NCBI GenBank assembly: GCA_010909165.1
Contig: MU008185.1
Span: 434,001 to 498,000, forward strand
Direction of reading: 5' to 3'
Length of the DNA stretch: 64,000 nt
DNA from: Anthoceros angustus
Lineage: Eukaryota; Plantae; Anthocerotophyta
Position 1 is the stretch's first letter; each line of letters starts with the position of its first letter. Below, piece by piece: positions 38,051 through 52,560 of this stretch. The notes under the pieces are model-generated. The model had not been told where the DNA came from, made no database searches, and was given only the letters and a program-made list of their open reading frames with translations. Position numbers and translations under genes: made by a program.

Positions 38051-40757
38051 TCAGACTTTGGAGGAGATGGAGTGAGTGTCGGTGACGTCCCCCGGCGGCT
38101 TTTTGCTCTCGACTGCCTGCATGGCGAAGAACTCAGAGATGACCTCAAGCGGCCAGCCCTTGGTTTCCGGCACCTTGAGGAGGACAAACACCCAGGCGAT
38201 GACGGTGACGAGGGCGAAGATGCAGAAGACACCTTCCAGGCCCAGCTCTCGGTTGAGCACCGGGAAGGAGTAGGTGACGATGATGTTGCACACCCACATG
38301 GCAGCTTGGCACATGCCGATGCACAGCCCTCGCACCCGGGTTGGGAAGATCTCGGAGCACATGATGTTGGGGATGGGCCCGAATCCCATCACGAAGGCAC
38401 AGGTGAAAACCGCCACCCCGGCAAACGAGATGGCTGCCTGCACCAGCCCGGGTGTGAGTACGGAGTTGCTGATCACCACGCATATCAGCGCCAGCGCCAG
38501 GAGCGGCAACGTTGCCAGGAGCAGCTGCCTGCAATGCGTGCAAGTAGCAACATTTCTCAGCTGCTAGTTAGATGTTCACAGGGACATGGAAGCTTAGATA
38601 GCTCTGGGGAACCAGTCGATTGCGGTTGGAATCACTCAGCTGTAGTCAAGAAGGGAAACAGTGAGATGATTACCTGCGGCCTGCGCGGTCCATGAGTCGC
38701 ATAGCCAGCACAATGCACGGGAGCATCAACAAGCAGGTGACACCGCTGGCGAGGATGGATGCAGAGTCGGCCCCGACGCCGATTCGTGCGAGCAGCACCT
38801 CGGCACCGGATGCCTGCAGGATTTGGGGCGTGAAGTAGAGCACCGCGTTGATGCCGGAGAACTGCAGAAACGCAGAAAAGAATTGCGATCAGATTGTGGA
38901 ACGAAGAAGCCTTGCAAAGAGAGAGAGGTCTGTGGTGAATTATAATACCTGCTGCAGGATCTGCAAGCCGAGGCCGACGAAGAGCGCTCGGCGCACGCCG
39001 GGGACGAGCAGGTCTCGCCAGGAAGGGCCGGACACGGTTTCCAAAGGATGCGCCACGGCGGGGCCGTTGCTGTGCTCGGCGCTGAGGATCTGCGCGGGCT
39101 GGCTGACGAGCGCGGCGGCCTGGAAGGCCTCGACCTCGCCGATGCCGGGGAGGGAGAGCGTGGAGCCGGCATGGGAACTCATGGCTCGGACGGGCTCGGA
39201 CAGGAGGTAGACTCGCTGCAGGCTCCCGCCGTCGTGGGGTCGGAGCCGGGCTTGGCGTCGGGCGCGGGGTCCATCGCCAGGCCAGCTGCCACCCGCTCCC
39301 GATGTTGCCCACGCTGCTGAGGGATTCGGGGAGGCTGGTGCCGGGGTTGAAGCCGGATCCGGGATTGGAGTTGTTCGGGACCTGGCCGTGGGCCGTCCAC
39401 ACGGGCTGGATGTCCCCGGGCGCGTGCCAGGCGTGTCCGTGCCGGGAGTCCTTCCTCTGCAGCGGCGATGGCGGGAAGAAATTCGCGGAGCTCCGGCGGG
39501 AGAGCGCGCATGGGCCCGGCAGATCCAGCCTCCCGCTGGAAGGCCGGGAGAGGAGGAGCGGCGTCTTTAGGTTGTCGTCCCCCTCCCCGGTGAGGTTGTC
39601 GTCGGAGAAGTAGCCGATTGCGTTGTGGTTCGGTTCCTCGTCCCACTCCTGGATGAGGTGGTCCTGGAGGGAGCCGATGACGGTCACGACGGGATCTATG
39701 AGCGGCCGGCCCTGGCCTGGCTCCATGCTTGCCTTCCGGGAGAGGAGACGCTGCGGCTCCGTCTCCTCCAGAATCGGGTGGCGAATCCAGGCGAAGGCTT
39801 GGTGCTGATCCTGGAGGGTGTGGAATGTGCCGGTGCCTGTGCCTGTGCCGTCGTCTCCTGCGGATTCCACGTCTGCGACAATCTCCGGGTGGAGCAGCCA
39901 TTCCTCCAGCCGGCTGCTCTGCACCACGCCCAGGCCCTCCACCAGCAGGGCCAGCTCCGCGGCCACGTCCTCGGTGCCGCGGAGGTCCTGGAGCACCATT
40001 TTCGCCTCCAGCATGCGGCCCTTGGACACCAGCCAGCGGGGGGACTCCGGGAGGTACAAGAGCGCGAAGAGGAGGAAGACGAGGGACGGCAGCAGGATGA
40101 TGGCCAGCATGAACCTCCAGTTCGGGTCGGCCGTGAGGGACACCACGAACACCATAGCGTAGGCGACGAAGAGGCCCCCCGACCCCATGAGCTGCGGGAG
40201 CGTGGAGAGCTGGCCTCGGATCTCGGGAGGCGAGGACTCCGCGATGTGGATGGGGCTGATGGTGGAGGCCAGCCCGATGCTGCACCCAATGAGCACGCGC
40301 GCCAGGATGAGCACGTACACGTCCGGGGACCAGGCCATGACGCAAGCCCCGATGGAGAAGAAGAAGGCGGACACCACCAGCATGCTGCGCCGGCCCAGCC
40401 AGTCCGCCGCCGGGCCTGCGCATGTGGTGCTGCTCACGGCCCCGATCAGGGTGGAGGCCACCACCAGGCCCTCCAAGGTGGGATTGTTTTCAAGATTGAA
40501 TTCCGGCTTGATGTAGAGCAGCGCCCCTGGCACACAACAACACTCCGTTCAAGATTCAAGACAGGACGGGAAGGGAAGGGAAGGGAAGGAAAGGAAATTG
40601 CAGCAAACAAACACGCAAGCCTTTGAAAGCTTTGGAAACGATTTGAAGAGGAAATGAAAAAAGGATGCTGACCAGCGATGGCGGCACTGTCCCAGCCTTG
40701 GAGCATGTTGCCGATGGTGGCTGCAAGCGCCACGGTCCGGGCCCCCTTGGACCTCAT
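38051..40757 (-). CDS. TST: Tonoplast monosaccharide/sugar transporter (TMT/TST, MFS), with apparent frameshifts near 39236-39269
   Basis: ATIGNMLQGWDSAAIA/GALLYIK, ADWLGRR, PPEIRGQLSTLPQ, LPESPRWLVSKGRM, long central loop with IGSGWQLAWRW and QAAALVSQPA, GLQILQQ/FSGINAVLYF, GFGPIPNIMCSEIFPTRVRG, KVPETKG. Confidence 0.95.
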
Positions 40758-41219
40758 GGTTGCTGCAGCTGGCAGGGGTCGGGGCCGGGACCGGGGCCGA
40801 CGTCGATGGAGCGCGCAGGCTCCTCAGGAGGCCAGTGAAGGCAGCCCGAACAGGCAGAACATCATGGCTGCGGAAGTAGCGGAACAGACAAGCCCTCGGC
40901 CGATGCTAGCTCTGCCTAGCCTCTGAACTGCAGCTACAAATACAAAGCAAGGAGCGAAGTCGACATAGAGAGATCTGGAATCCGGACGGCGGATGGGACG
41001 GGGTGAAAGGGGAATGATGCTTGGGAAGGGAAGGCTCCCTGTGGCTCTCCCAGCCTGCGCCTGGAACTGGTAAAATTCGAAAGCCGAATCTTGCCGACGT
41101 TCCTGGAGGAGGCAGAACAGAGGTCACAGATCACTGTCAAATTGCGAATCTACGTACGCACACACACAAAATGGCGATGCTCGATCTGCACGAGATGTCG
41201 GAAAACAAAGAAATGCAGG

Positions 41220-44200
41220 ATGTGCTGCCTCCCGGGTGGCGCGACAGCTAAAGCGGGGCGAGGCGGGGCGAGGCGGGGCGAGGCGGGGCGAGGCGGGGCG
41301 AGGCGAGGCGAGGCGAGGCGAGGCGAGGCGAGGCGAGTGGAGTACGGCAAGAGGCTCCTCGGGAAGCGTGAATGGGCGGAGGGGCGGGACGGACGGATGG
41401 ACGGTGGGGAAGCCCGGGAGGCAGCGCGTGCTGCAGAGGAGACTGTGTACCTCTGAGAGAAAGGCAAGGCGAGCGGGTGGCGCAGGAGTTAAGGGGGCGA
41501 GGTTGCACAGGGCCGCGGCGCCTGGGCCGGCTCCGGCACCGGCTCCGGCTGCATCATGGGGCATCATGGGGCCCGGCAGCCTGTTATTACTCACAGCCTC
41601 CTCGTCTTTCACCTTTTGTCCACTTTGGATGATAGGTATACTCAACAAAAGCCTAGAGCCACTGTTGGACACTGGTGTGCGTGCGCTGTGCACGCAGGCT
41701 TCACATCCATCCTCCTGATCCTGGATCCTTACAGCGATGCAACTTGCAACGTGCCTCAGCATACAGTGCATGTTTGTAGATATGTGCAGCGATGGTGAAA
41801 AAGTTAGGTGTGCTGCTAGTGTTGCCTGCAGGCGCAGCTCTTTGATTCATCGGCTGGGCATCACATTAGTGTAGGTGGTTATCCGCTACACCAACGTGTA
41901 TAGTATGTATTACGTATTTAGGAGTGTGGAACTGCTCACGTCATGGAGCAGGGACGCAGTCGCACATGATCAGGAGGAGCTTACGCTTGCAAGCTGCAAG
42001 ATACCAATCCCGGTCTCCCAGACTTGTACAGGGGATTTCACACGCCATCCTGAGAGAGATGCTCAGCTCTGCCAACACGCCGTGCAGTGCAGCGCAGCGC
42101 AGTGCAGGTGCAGCACCTCATGGGCTCATGTTGAGTAGCAGCTGGACGCATCCGACAACGCCAAGTTAAAAGCAGTGAGGCCTGTTAAGAGCCTAGGGAG
42201 CTACATTCGACGCATGCCCAGGCGCCTCACCCAGTACCTGTACCTTCTCGATTCAATTTGGGACTCGTTAGTCCACTTCTCCATCCTGCTGCAGCTTATA
42301 AGCAGCTTCCTGGAAGCATTTTGAAGGACGACTTCCAGGAGCCGGATTTGGACACTTGTAAGTGCACATGCTGACAAAAGGCATTCAACCACCAGGAAGG
42401 GGCTCTGGAGGGCCACTCTCCACTGCTTGGCAGACGCGTGCCCTCCGCTTGCCCTCGACCATGTGACCCGCCAAAGGAGCATCGTCCGAACAAGGCAGCG
42501 TGCAAGGCAGCCATCCCCAGAAGTTGCTTGCTATAAGCGCCTCTTCCGTTCCTTTGTCAATGCTTCCTGATTCTTCGTCCGAACGGCAGGCAAGGGAGGG
42601 ACGGATGGAACAACACCCAGATGCACATACCACAATTTCCCATTATTATTTCCACTTATCTCACGGACAAGTGCTTATGCCGCTGCACGCTGTACACTTC
42701 ACTGTTTACAGTAAGTACTGCACTACTGTGACATACTACTGTACTTGCCACTGTACTATGCACCTAACATCCCCTCAACAATAGGGGCGCAAGCTGCCTA
42801 CTAACACAGAATCTATTCCAAACAACCCCGTCAACATGTCATTGGCAGAATCTCTCTCTTCAAACTAGGCAGAATGTCTCCTTCAACAAAGATACCAGCG
42901 GCTGTCACTTACCACCGGCCTTCAGCAGAGATGTCATGGACCACCAGTCGTGACAAATTCACCATGTGCTGCCTCCGGGTGGCGCGACAGCTAAAGCGGG
43001 GCGAGGCGGGGCGAGGCGGGGCGAGGCAGGGGCGAGGCGGGGCGCGGCGGGGGCGAGGCGGGGCAGGGCGGGGCGAGGCAGGCAGGTGGAGTACGGCAAG
43101 AGGCTCCCTCAGGAAGCGTGAATGGGCGGAGGGGCAGGACGGACGGATGGACGGTGGGAAGCCCGGGAGGCAGCGTGCTGCAGAGGAGACTGTGTACCTC
43201 TGAGAGAAAGGCAAGGCGAGCGGGTGGCGCAGGAGTTAAGGGCGAGGTTGCACAGGGCCGCGGCGCCTGGGCCAGCTCCGGCACCGGCTCCGGCTGCATC
43301 ATGGGGCATCATGGGGCCCGGCAGCCTGTTATTACTCACAGCCTCCTCGTCTTTCACCTTTTGTCCACTTTGGATGATAGGTATACTCAACAAAAGCCTA
43401 GAGCCACTGTTGGACACTGGTGTGCGTGCGCTGTGCACGCAGGCTTCACATCCATCCTCCCGATCCTGGATCCTTACAGCGATGCAACTTGCAACGTGCC
43501 TCAGCATACAGTGCATGTTTGTAGATATGTGCAGCGATGGTGAAAAAGTTAGGTGTGCTGCTAGTGTTGCCTGCAGGCGCAGCTCTTTGATTCATCGGCT
43601 GGGCATCACATTAGTGTAGGTGGTTATCCGCTACACCAACGTGTATAGTATGTATTACGTATTTAGGAGTGTGGAACTGCTCACGTCATGGAGCAGGGAC
43701 GCAGTCGCACATGATCAGGAGGAGCTTACGCTTGCAAGCTGCAAGATACCAATCCCGGTCTCCCAGACTTGTACAGGGGGATTTCACACGCCATCCTGAG
43801 AGAGAGATGCTCAGCTCTGCCAACACGCCGTGCAGTGCAGCGCAGCGCAGTGCAGGTGCAGCACCTCATGGGCTCATGTTGAGTAGCAGCTGGACGCATC
43901 CGACAACGCCAAGTTAAAAAGCAGCAGTGAGGCCTGTTAAGAGCCTAGGGAGCTACATTCGACGCATGCCCAGGCGCCCTCACCCAGTACCTGTACCTTC
44001 TCGATTCAATTTGGGACTCGTTAGTCCACTTCTCCATCCTGCTGCAGCTTATAAGCAGCTTCCCTGGAAGCATTTTGAAGGACGACTTCTCCAGGGAGCC
44101 GGATTTGGACACTTGTAAGTGCACATGCTGACAAAAGGCATTCAACCACCAGGAAGGGGCTCTGGAGGGCCACTCTCCACTGCTTGGCAGACGCGTGCCC

Positions 44201-44729
44201 TCCGCTTGCCCTCGACCATGTGACCCGCCAAAGGAGCATCGTCCGAACAAGGCAGCGTGCAAGGCAGCCATCCCCAGAAGTTGCTTGCTATAAGCGCCTC
44301 TTCCGTTCCTTTGTCAATGCTTCCTGATTCTTCGTCCCGAACGGCAGGCAAGGGGAGGGGGACGGATGGGAACAACACCCAGATGCACATACCACAATTT
44401 CCCATTATTATTTCCACTTATCTCACGGACAAGTGCTTATGCCGCTGCACGCTGTACACTTCACTGTTTACAGTAAGTACCGCACTACTGTGACATACTA
44501 CTGTACTTGCCACTGTACTATGCACCTAACATCCCCCCCTCAACAATAGGGGCGCAAGCTGCCTACTAACACAGAATCTATTCCAAACAACCCCGTCAAC
44601 ATGTCATTGGCAGAATCTCTCTCTTCAAACTAGGCAGAATGTCTCCCTTCAACAAAGATACCAGCGGCTGTCACTTACCACCGGCCTTCAGCAGAGATGT
44701 CATGGACCACCAGTCGTGACAAATTCACC
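41220..44729. repeat. ~1.75-kb tandem duplication (41220-42963 / 42964-44729) of the intergenic region between TST and dymeclin
   Basis: Both copies run atgtgctgcctcc..gggtggcgcgacagc ... ccagtcgtgacaaattcacc; differences are mostly homopolymer indels. Confidence 0.96.
41252..41336. repeat. GC-rich microsatellite (GGCGGGGCGA)n-(GGCGA)n
   Basis: Directly visible; a degenerate counterpart lies at ~42995-43085. Confidence 0.9.
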
Positions 44730-44809
44730 ACTCACCAATACCCTGGCCCAAAGATGCTAACGCACGTTATCCAGCTTATGGTACAGTAAATGTTAAATTG
44801 CCCGCTCCT

Positions 44810-47800
44810 CTACACAGTAACTCGAGGGGTGTCTGGAACTTGGTAGTTCTTTTGTCTCTCTCCGTTCATTAAGTCTTGCTGTGAGACAATACCACACAAC
44901 GGGGGTCAACTTCCAGCACAACCCACTTTACTGACAAGCAAAGGGAAAGGACTTCAGTAAGGAACCACAACTGTTTACCTCCGACGGTGCCCTCGCTTCG
45001 AACAGGGTAATTGACTTTAGATCCCAATTTAAGCCACTGTAACCCCGACAACATCAGACACGGGATCTACCAGGGACACGTCTCAAAAGAACATTGCAGA
45101 CGGATCTCTAAGCCACGGGGACTCACCTGTGAGCTACTACGAGTTGCCAGACATAAGGGACGAAAAACTCCTCCGGGTGCAGCTCCTCCTCATACGTGAA
45201 CCTCAATTGCGTGAAAGTCTGAGATACTCACAACAGTGTCAAGATAAGAAGATAGAAATACCAGCGATAGCAACACATCTCAGCAATCTGTTTAGCCAAA
45301 CCTTCATTCCATCTCCTCGCCAAGACCTTGTATTTGCAACAACTAATTGCAATACTCTCTCGACTGACCATTCCCCATTCAGGTGTTGGTCATCCATTCG
45401 TACATTGAAAAACTCCAGAACCTGAAGCAGCATCGGCCTCTTCATGAGCACACACGCCAGCAGCATGATGAGGGGCCCAACAAGAGATGACAGGAATGTA
45501 CCAACCGTGAATATGTTCTCCAACAGCTCATAAAAACGAGGATGGTCCCGGAGTGGTAGAAAGAGTTCCTGTCTGTGTAGCAAAGCGTACACAACCTGCC
45601 CAAGAGGAGGTTAACAGGCCAAATAGATATGTTAAGTATTCGCAAGCAATTTTAAATACATAACTTCAATCCAATGTAGACAAAGATGCCAGATGAAACA
45701 ACTAACCTCTGGATTCCGAGGCAACGCGTAAGTGAGAATGGCATTGATAATCTCCAAAACGATACGAAGAAAATCTGTATAGATATGCAAATCCGTAGGC
45801 TGCATACACAAGGCTCAGTCAGTAACCAGCAATCACGAACCTTCAAAGTGTCGGAGCATTTTGCAATTTTCAAACCAAATTTGTTGTCCTACCTGCAGTC
45901 CCAAAGAGGGGTGAAAAACTGCAGTTTATGGGAGACATACCAGGTCCTCAGTCGGACTGCTGTCTGCCTGTCCTATCCTCAGTGACGCCAGCTTGACTGT
46001 CGTAGCAGACTCTGCTAATCTTGCATATCTATAAGTGCATGATAGTCATTGTTAGGAGAAGAAACAACGATCAGTTAAATATAAACTAACTGTGCATAGA
46101 AGCCGAAATGAAGTTCTTGATGAAAGACTGACATACTTTCGAGCAAGCATGTCGAACAGGCTCACAAGCCTCTGGGAAGCATATGCATTCAGCTGGTGCA
46201 CATGCGGTGCCATATTTGCTAGGGTTGCAAGACAATTGGTATAAACATACACATCCTTCACATATACACAGCTGCCTATCAGTAAGCGAAGAGCAAATCA
46301 TTTGAGAGAAATGATCTGAAAGAAACTGCCATCCTTACCCTAAGTTTTGACAGGTTGTACTTTACAGTCCTAATAAGAATCACCACAAGCAGTGACCCGA
46401 GAGAGATATTCGGTAGAAGGCGTTCCTTGTACCATGCCACACCAGGAAGTATCTACATATGACAAATGATTTGTTAATATACTAGTAACCTCATTTTGCA
46501 TGGAGGTCTTGCCATAGAAACCAGAATGCCAACCCAAGACGCCACATCACAGAAATAATGTGATTAAAACAAGCTGAGTTAGAGAAGAGCTAACCAATTT
46601 GTGTATGCTTGCGTTGAACGAAGCATCCTGGCTGAGAATCAAGAGGGTAATGAGCAGCATGTATATTTGGTTTGGCGTTCGGCGTGGGGCATTATACAGC
46701 ATCTCTAAAACTGGCATCAGCTGCACCACACAACCACGGATATTCACACAAGCAGGAAGCAACCAACACGGTGCAAAAAGAACCGGAACACAACAAGAGC
46801 AAAACACACCATACCAGAGTATCCAAATCTGTTCGGACGAGCACATATTCTAGAAATGTTGGATTTCCATGAACCAGAGAATATAACAGTAACGTTGACC
46901 GGTCGTCAAGTAAACACCTGCAATGAACAGCATAAAGTGAAGCTGCCATCCCAGACAAGTTGAACAATCACATAGAGCAATTTGAAAGCATAACAACCTG
47001 TGCATGGGTGAAGCGACTTACACTCCAAGTGTGTCGTAAAGAGCAGAAAATGGAACCCTAACCAGACCAGCATAAGCCTCCAAGTCACCAACCTCAACTG
47101 CATAAGTTGATGCAAAATATCAATATCTTAGTGAGGAGAGCAGTGCACAGAGAAATGCAAAGCCTCCTCCATCAGCCAGGTCGTGGTGCACAGATTTGAG
47201 ACCATTTGTTATGACCGCTAAAAAAGAAAAGAAGAGAACAGATGCTGCACGACCATGTGCACTATTAAAGCAACATAGCAACCAGGATTGAAGGACGCAC
47301 ACTCTCTGTCTCTTGCTGTCTCCAATGCCTGCCGATAAGGATTTGACTGCATTGCAACTGTCCCAGCCACAAGGGCATTGTCGTCTCTATCAACTTTATC
47401 TGGGTCTTCAATTGGCAAAGTCTTTCCATAGTGCACTAGAACTAAAAGCAGCAAGAGGCTGTTATCTGATAAAGGGCTTTTCGAAACATCTGCATTCGAC
47501 TTCACCAGGTGACTGTATGTGTAGGACGGTAATAGGAACATAGTAGCTGCAAGTTCAATCCTTGAATCAGACTATGCACCTCTTTGTATCATGTAAACAT
47601 AACACAGACTGTGTACTAGATCAACACCAGCATGAACTGAACACATCCCAAATGAGCATATCAGTTGGTCTTCCTTCAATCAGCATACCAGCTGCTGTGC
47701 TCACTCGCCGTAAAACTCCTGACTGCTTGCCCCTATAGAGTGGTGTGTACTCTGCTGCCTCTGCAGGTAGAGGCAGCCTTGCTATGTAGGACAGAAGCAA

Positions 47801-49640
47801 CTTGCTCACAAGTGGGGCAGCAAAATCAGCCTCCTGCAAATTTCACAGTCCGAATCCATTATTGGCAAGAGAGACCGGACAGACAGGTATCACAAAGTGA
47901 TATATAAACTTGCTTTCACCTCTAAGGTGACAGAGCAACGACAAAGTCCAGTTAGTCTACCAGGGTCATAGCTGCATCAAGAAAAGGATGAAGATCCTTA
48001 GGACCACCTGATGGTCCAGAATGCAGCTGTGAGGACATCATAACGAGCAGCAGATTGATAACTTCCAGGTGTACCATGTATGTGTGAGGTCTTCAATCCA
48101 GAAGACAACAAGTCAGGTTATTGGAACTAGTTCTGCTCCAAGGATCCATTTCACCCCATTGTTGACGTCCAATTCACACAACCAGAACCCTGAACAGCAG
48201 ACTTACAGTATTTCTACACTGCCAATGAAACTCATCAGGGCTCGGAGGATTAGGTCCAGGAGGTTTTGCTGGCCTGCAACATAAACCAATACACACATGA
48301 CAGAACAGACCAGCGTTTTCAGTGGCAGTACATGTTGCCCTCACATACTCTGATTCAAGCAGACCCCTGGCCCTCCAAGTAGAGGCGAAGAAGCAAACTT
48401 TGACAAAAAGAGCTGCATTCAATAGATGAGACGCAAACCTTTCGGCAAGCCAGCAAATTCTGCTTCAGCATCTTTCAAGTCCACTGCAAAGCTCTCCACA
48501 ACCTCATCAATCTTCAAGTGCTCAATGAAGTGCTTAAGAAAGACTCGAGATAAGTAAGTTGCATTCAATGCTTTCACGGGTACATAGGCTGTCTCCTTGG
48601 TGGAGGCTATCTCTTGAAGACTCCAAACCAAATGGATGAACAATTTGGCAAGATGGGAAGTGACACTGTTGTTCTGAGCTGCACATGCGCAAGACACCAC
48701 ACCATGCAGCGCCAGCATCAGATCAGCGCCTCAGCAACTTATTCCAGGTTCTTCAGTCTCATCCACAAGAAACAGCGTCTTTACACCATTTTCGAGACGC
48801 AAAGTACACAACATTCACTAGAACACACAAACCAACCGGACAACAAACCAAAATTCGAGTCTTTGTCTTGCTGTCAACTGCAACAAGAAACGCTCTTGCG
48901 CTGCAGCCTAGCACGCAACCGCCTCTGCAGTCTACTACGAGTAGCAAGCACACTGTGTGTACGGATAGGCCGTGTCCCCCTGCACAGAATTCACCAAATT
49001 CTAGGCACTGTCGTGCTCTCTACTGTACAAACCCCAAACATTACCGTGAGTCGCCATTGACATATATCATTGCCAACCAATCCGGAGGTCATGATTCCCT
49101 CCGACGGCAACTCAATTCGCAAGGTTCTAGAACAAGTCGCAACAGGAATTATTTTTTTCTCAACGCCCGGATTCATGCATGGTACATACTACCCCCTCCT
49201 CCAATCCAATTTCAGACAGACTCTCCCGCAGCAGATCTGGCACCGCTAATAGTCATCTTCCGACGCCACATCTCCGACGCGCAACAAATCCAGCTTAAAA
49301 CAATGCCAGGAAATTCCCTCCACAAACCACAAAATCGCACCAATCGGCAAGATCAGACGCTCCCAGCCACGCTACTGTCAAGCCACTGCATTCCGCACGC
49401 GCCAGAGCAGCCAGAGCCAGGCACAGCAGGGAATTGGGCCAGCGGATTGCTACCAAGGAGTTCGCAGGCTGTCGCCACGGAGGCGTCATCCCAACGCAAC
49501 GAGTGATGCTGGCCCAAGAGCTTCCCCCAGAAATTATCCCGCAAATCCTGAGCTCGATCTCCCACCAGCAGCGACAGCAGATACTCGCCGTGCTCCTGCG
49601 GCGACGCATCCGCGTTGGGCGTGGACACTCCCGCTCCCAT
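44810..49640 (-). CDS. DYM: Dymeclin, multi-exon
   Basis: MGAGVSTP (myristoylation-type start), [128 protein letters not shown]. The short last exon ending ...PRVTV* is inferred. Confidence 0.95.
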
Positions 49641-50899
49641 GCCGCCAGGCGTCAGCTCCCAGATCCACTATGTCCGTCGCGGCTGCTCATGCAGCTGCAG
49701 ATCCCGGAGCTACGCAACCGCCATGGCACAAGATTCGGATGCGAGCGCCGCAGGCAGGCAGCACGCGTACGCCAAAGCCTCGAGCTCGCTTCCGCTTTGG
49801 TCTTTTTTTCTCGTCGCAACGTCTCCGCTTCCCTTCTCCTTCACTTCTCTTTGTTGTCTTTATGCTAGCGTCGTAAACAGAAAGACGGTCGTCCTTTCCT
49901 TGTCTGGCCTCTTTGCCCAGATGGCCACAAAAGTCGACTCCGGTCTCGCGTCTGCAACAAAACGTGGACCTCCTGGCTGCAGGCCTGGATGGGAAAGAGT
50001 TTAGCTCCAAAAGCTAATGTGTGTCCAAATGGCTTAGGCAAAATGGACACACATTTATAAGAACGCCGTGATTACGCATCCTGAGCTTAGATCGGTACGT
50101 AGATGGGGTCGCTAAAGGGAGTGGATACCCTTGGTGCAAATAGCTTAGGCACACCATGGTACAAGTTGTTAAGTACCAAGTCCCATGAAGGAAATCCTTC
50201 CTTAGTGGACTTAAATAAAATTCTTCTTCTTCTTCTTCTAATGAAATCTTCATAAATACTCGTACATATATATATATAGTCTTAGGTACATTGAAGTGTA
50301 TTAGGTGCACTAGGATGTTAGTTGCTCTTGGGAACTAAAAGTCAAATTATTTTTTAGTGCATAGAATCAGATGTTTAGGTATATTTTACTTAATTTGAAG
50401 GATATCTAAGGATTTTATACCAGCGGAGATAACCCATTTAGTGGACCTTTATGGCTTTATACCAGCGAAGATAACCGACTATTTAGAGAATTTTTCAAGG
50501 GTTTTACAACAACGAACAAAGAGGACCTACAAAAAATAACGCTCAATTAGCTCGTTTGAGGACCTAACTAAAAATAAGAACTTGAAAACTGTGAAATAAT
50601 AGTTATCATAGGGAGATAAGGTAGATTGCGAAGATATATTACATCCTTTACCTCTCTTCCGGTTTATTATTATGAAATAGTTTTTTACTACCTAATAAAA
50701 ATTAAAATAAATTTTATGAAAGAAAAAAAAAAACTCACTTGGTTGTCTTTGCTGCGGTTGCCATCTTTTCTTGCAAGATATTTAAGGTGTTTAGTTCTTG
50801 CACCTAGCCCTTTCCTGTGAATTTTGTAGCAAAAGAGAGATGTCAAGAAATACAAGTAGTTTCCTTCACTTATTTCTGCATGACCAACCATCATGTACA

Positions 50900-52560
50900 A
50901 AATATTCTTACAGTAAGAGTTTCGTGACTAGAAACCTCCGGTGGTTATGATGTCTTGAATCCTCGCTCTAAATAGATCAGAAGGCAATGCCTGTGAAGCA
51001 CATATGTAGTGCATCAGCACCAAGTGCGCACAACGAGAAGCAACAAACAAATGGATCGGCAGAAATCCACTTTAACATAGAGGAATTAGCATTATCTGGA
51101 CTACGTGGAGTTGAGAATTCATTCTTGGAATGATATTTTTTGATTCTCATTTTGTGTCCCCATCCTAACTAGTAAGTGCCAATTGGTTTTTTGTCTTGTA
51201 GCGATTTGATTTTGAAATTTTTCAGACTTGATCTTGTTGGTGGTGCTATTCAGTGCAAGAAAGAGTGTGTTATGGCAATTACAATCGTGCCTGGAGTCGC
51301 AATTGTGTATCCCTATCCTGACAAGTGAGCGGAAGTTAGAAGTTGGCTTTATGTGTTTTAGAGATTTGAATGTACTTTTTTTTCTTGACTTGACCTTGTT
51401 GGTGATGCCATGGAATGTAGGAGAGAGTGTTGGCAGTATGTTCCGTATATAGAGCATTGTCATGATCCTTGCCTGCCATCGTATTCCACCACAAAAGATT
51501 ATTTCGCTTAAGAAAAATCATTGGTATCATCCGCTTCCAAACTAGGGAGGAGGAGTATGAGGAGAAGAAGCCATACAAGTAAGCAAAAAAAATCACCCAG
51601 GTGGTAATAATAATTTTAGAGATTGTTTCAACTCGAATACTTAGTCTGAGTAAGAAGACATTCTTATTTTACAGTGACTCTCCACATACGGTTGCTCAAT
51701 TAATCAAAATAGAAAATACAATGAAGTGTCAGCTACTTCGAGTACTTGAAGACTCCAAAGAGTTAATGCGCATTAATCCAAATCTAATAACGTAGTCTTT
51801 ACGGAGGTTACAAGGCCTCGCATTTGGCAGAGAGAGGTTTTCAAGATGTCTAAGAGTGGCCTGTCGTTCTAGGAGCTTATAGAGTACCAAGTTGAGGTCA
51901 AATGGGAGGTAGAGGGGACCTCATGTATGTGCTTGAGAGTGTGCTGGGATCGCATGGGAAGATCCAAAACTCGTACAGCTTGTGATTGCTACAAGTGCCT
52001 TGCATGGCCTTGTAGAGAGCTTGAGAGAACTGGACAGTAAGAGGAGAGTCAGTTGTAATTGGGTCCTGATCAAGGGGGGTCCTATCGAAGGTGTATGGCT
52101 CCTACTTTGACATGAAACGCAGCATTTGGCGTGTGACTTCTAGCATAACTTCTAACGATTATTTAGTTCCAAAAGCTAAAAGGCATGAGATATAGCATCA
52201 AAAAAGGCAACTAGCTGTTTGCGGGAGGAATGGCGTTGAAGATTGAAGACCCTGTCTTTCTACCACAAACTACCTACCTAGATTGTTGGTTGATCAGGAA
52301 CTATTAGGAAAAGACACATGTCATTGAGGTAGGTTTAGTGATAGTCGGTTCATTACACGCAAAGCTAAAACTAGTTGGGCCTTGGGCGTCTGGTTTATAA
52401 TCTTAGCATGTAAACAACAGAGCAATGAGATCAGAGGGCAAAGATTGGCTTTAAGTAAGAAGCTGAATAAAACAAATATAAGGAAGACACTTCTACTCAA
52501 GAAGTAAACCAATATGTGAAGAACTCCCCAACGGTGTCAGGCCGAAACTCTCTCTCTTCC
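50900..52560 (-). mobile_element. Highly degenerate LINE-like remnant (possible APE endonuclease region)
   Basis: Minus-strand fragments resemble LGDF(N)A near 51590 and a (S)DH-like KDHDNALY near 51465; heavily disrupted. Confidence 0.3.

Noticed and set aside
39179-40626. Long ORFs 39179-40423 (-) and 39625-40626 (+)
   Set aside because: Alternative-frame and antisense shadows of the very GC-rich TST exon.
41091-44493. Duplicated ORFs in the 1.75-kb repeat
   Set aside because: Driven by microsatellites and GC-rich sequence; frames are not preserved between copies.
48614-49868. Plus-strand ORFs up to 273 aa
   Set aside because: Antisense to dymeclin exon 1 and intron 1; no motifs.
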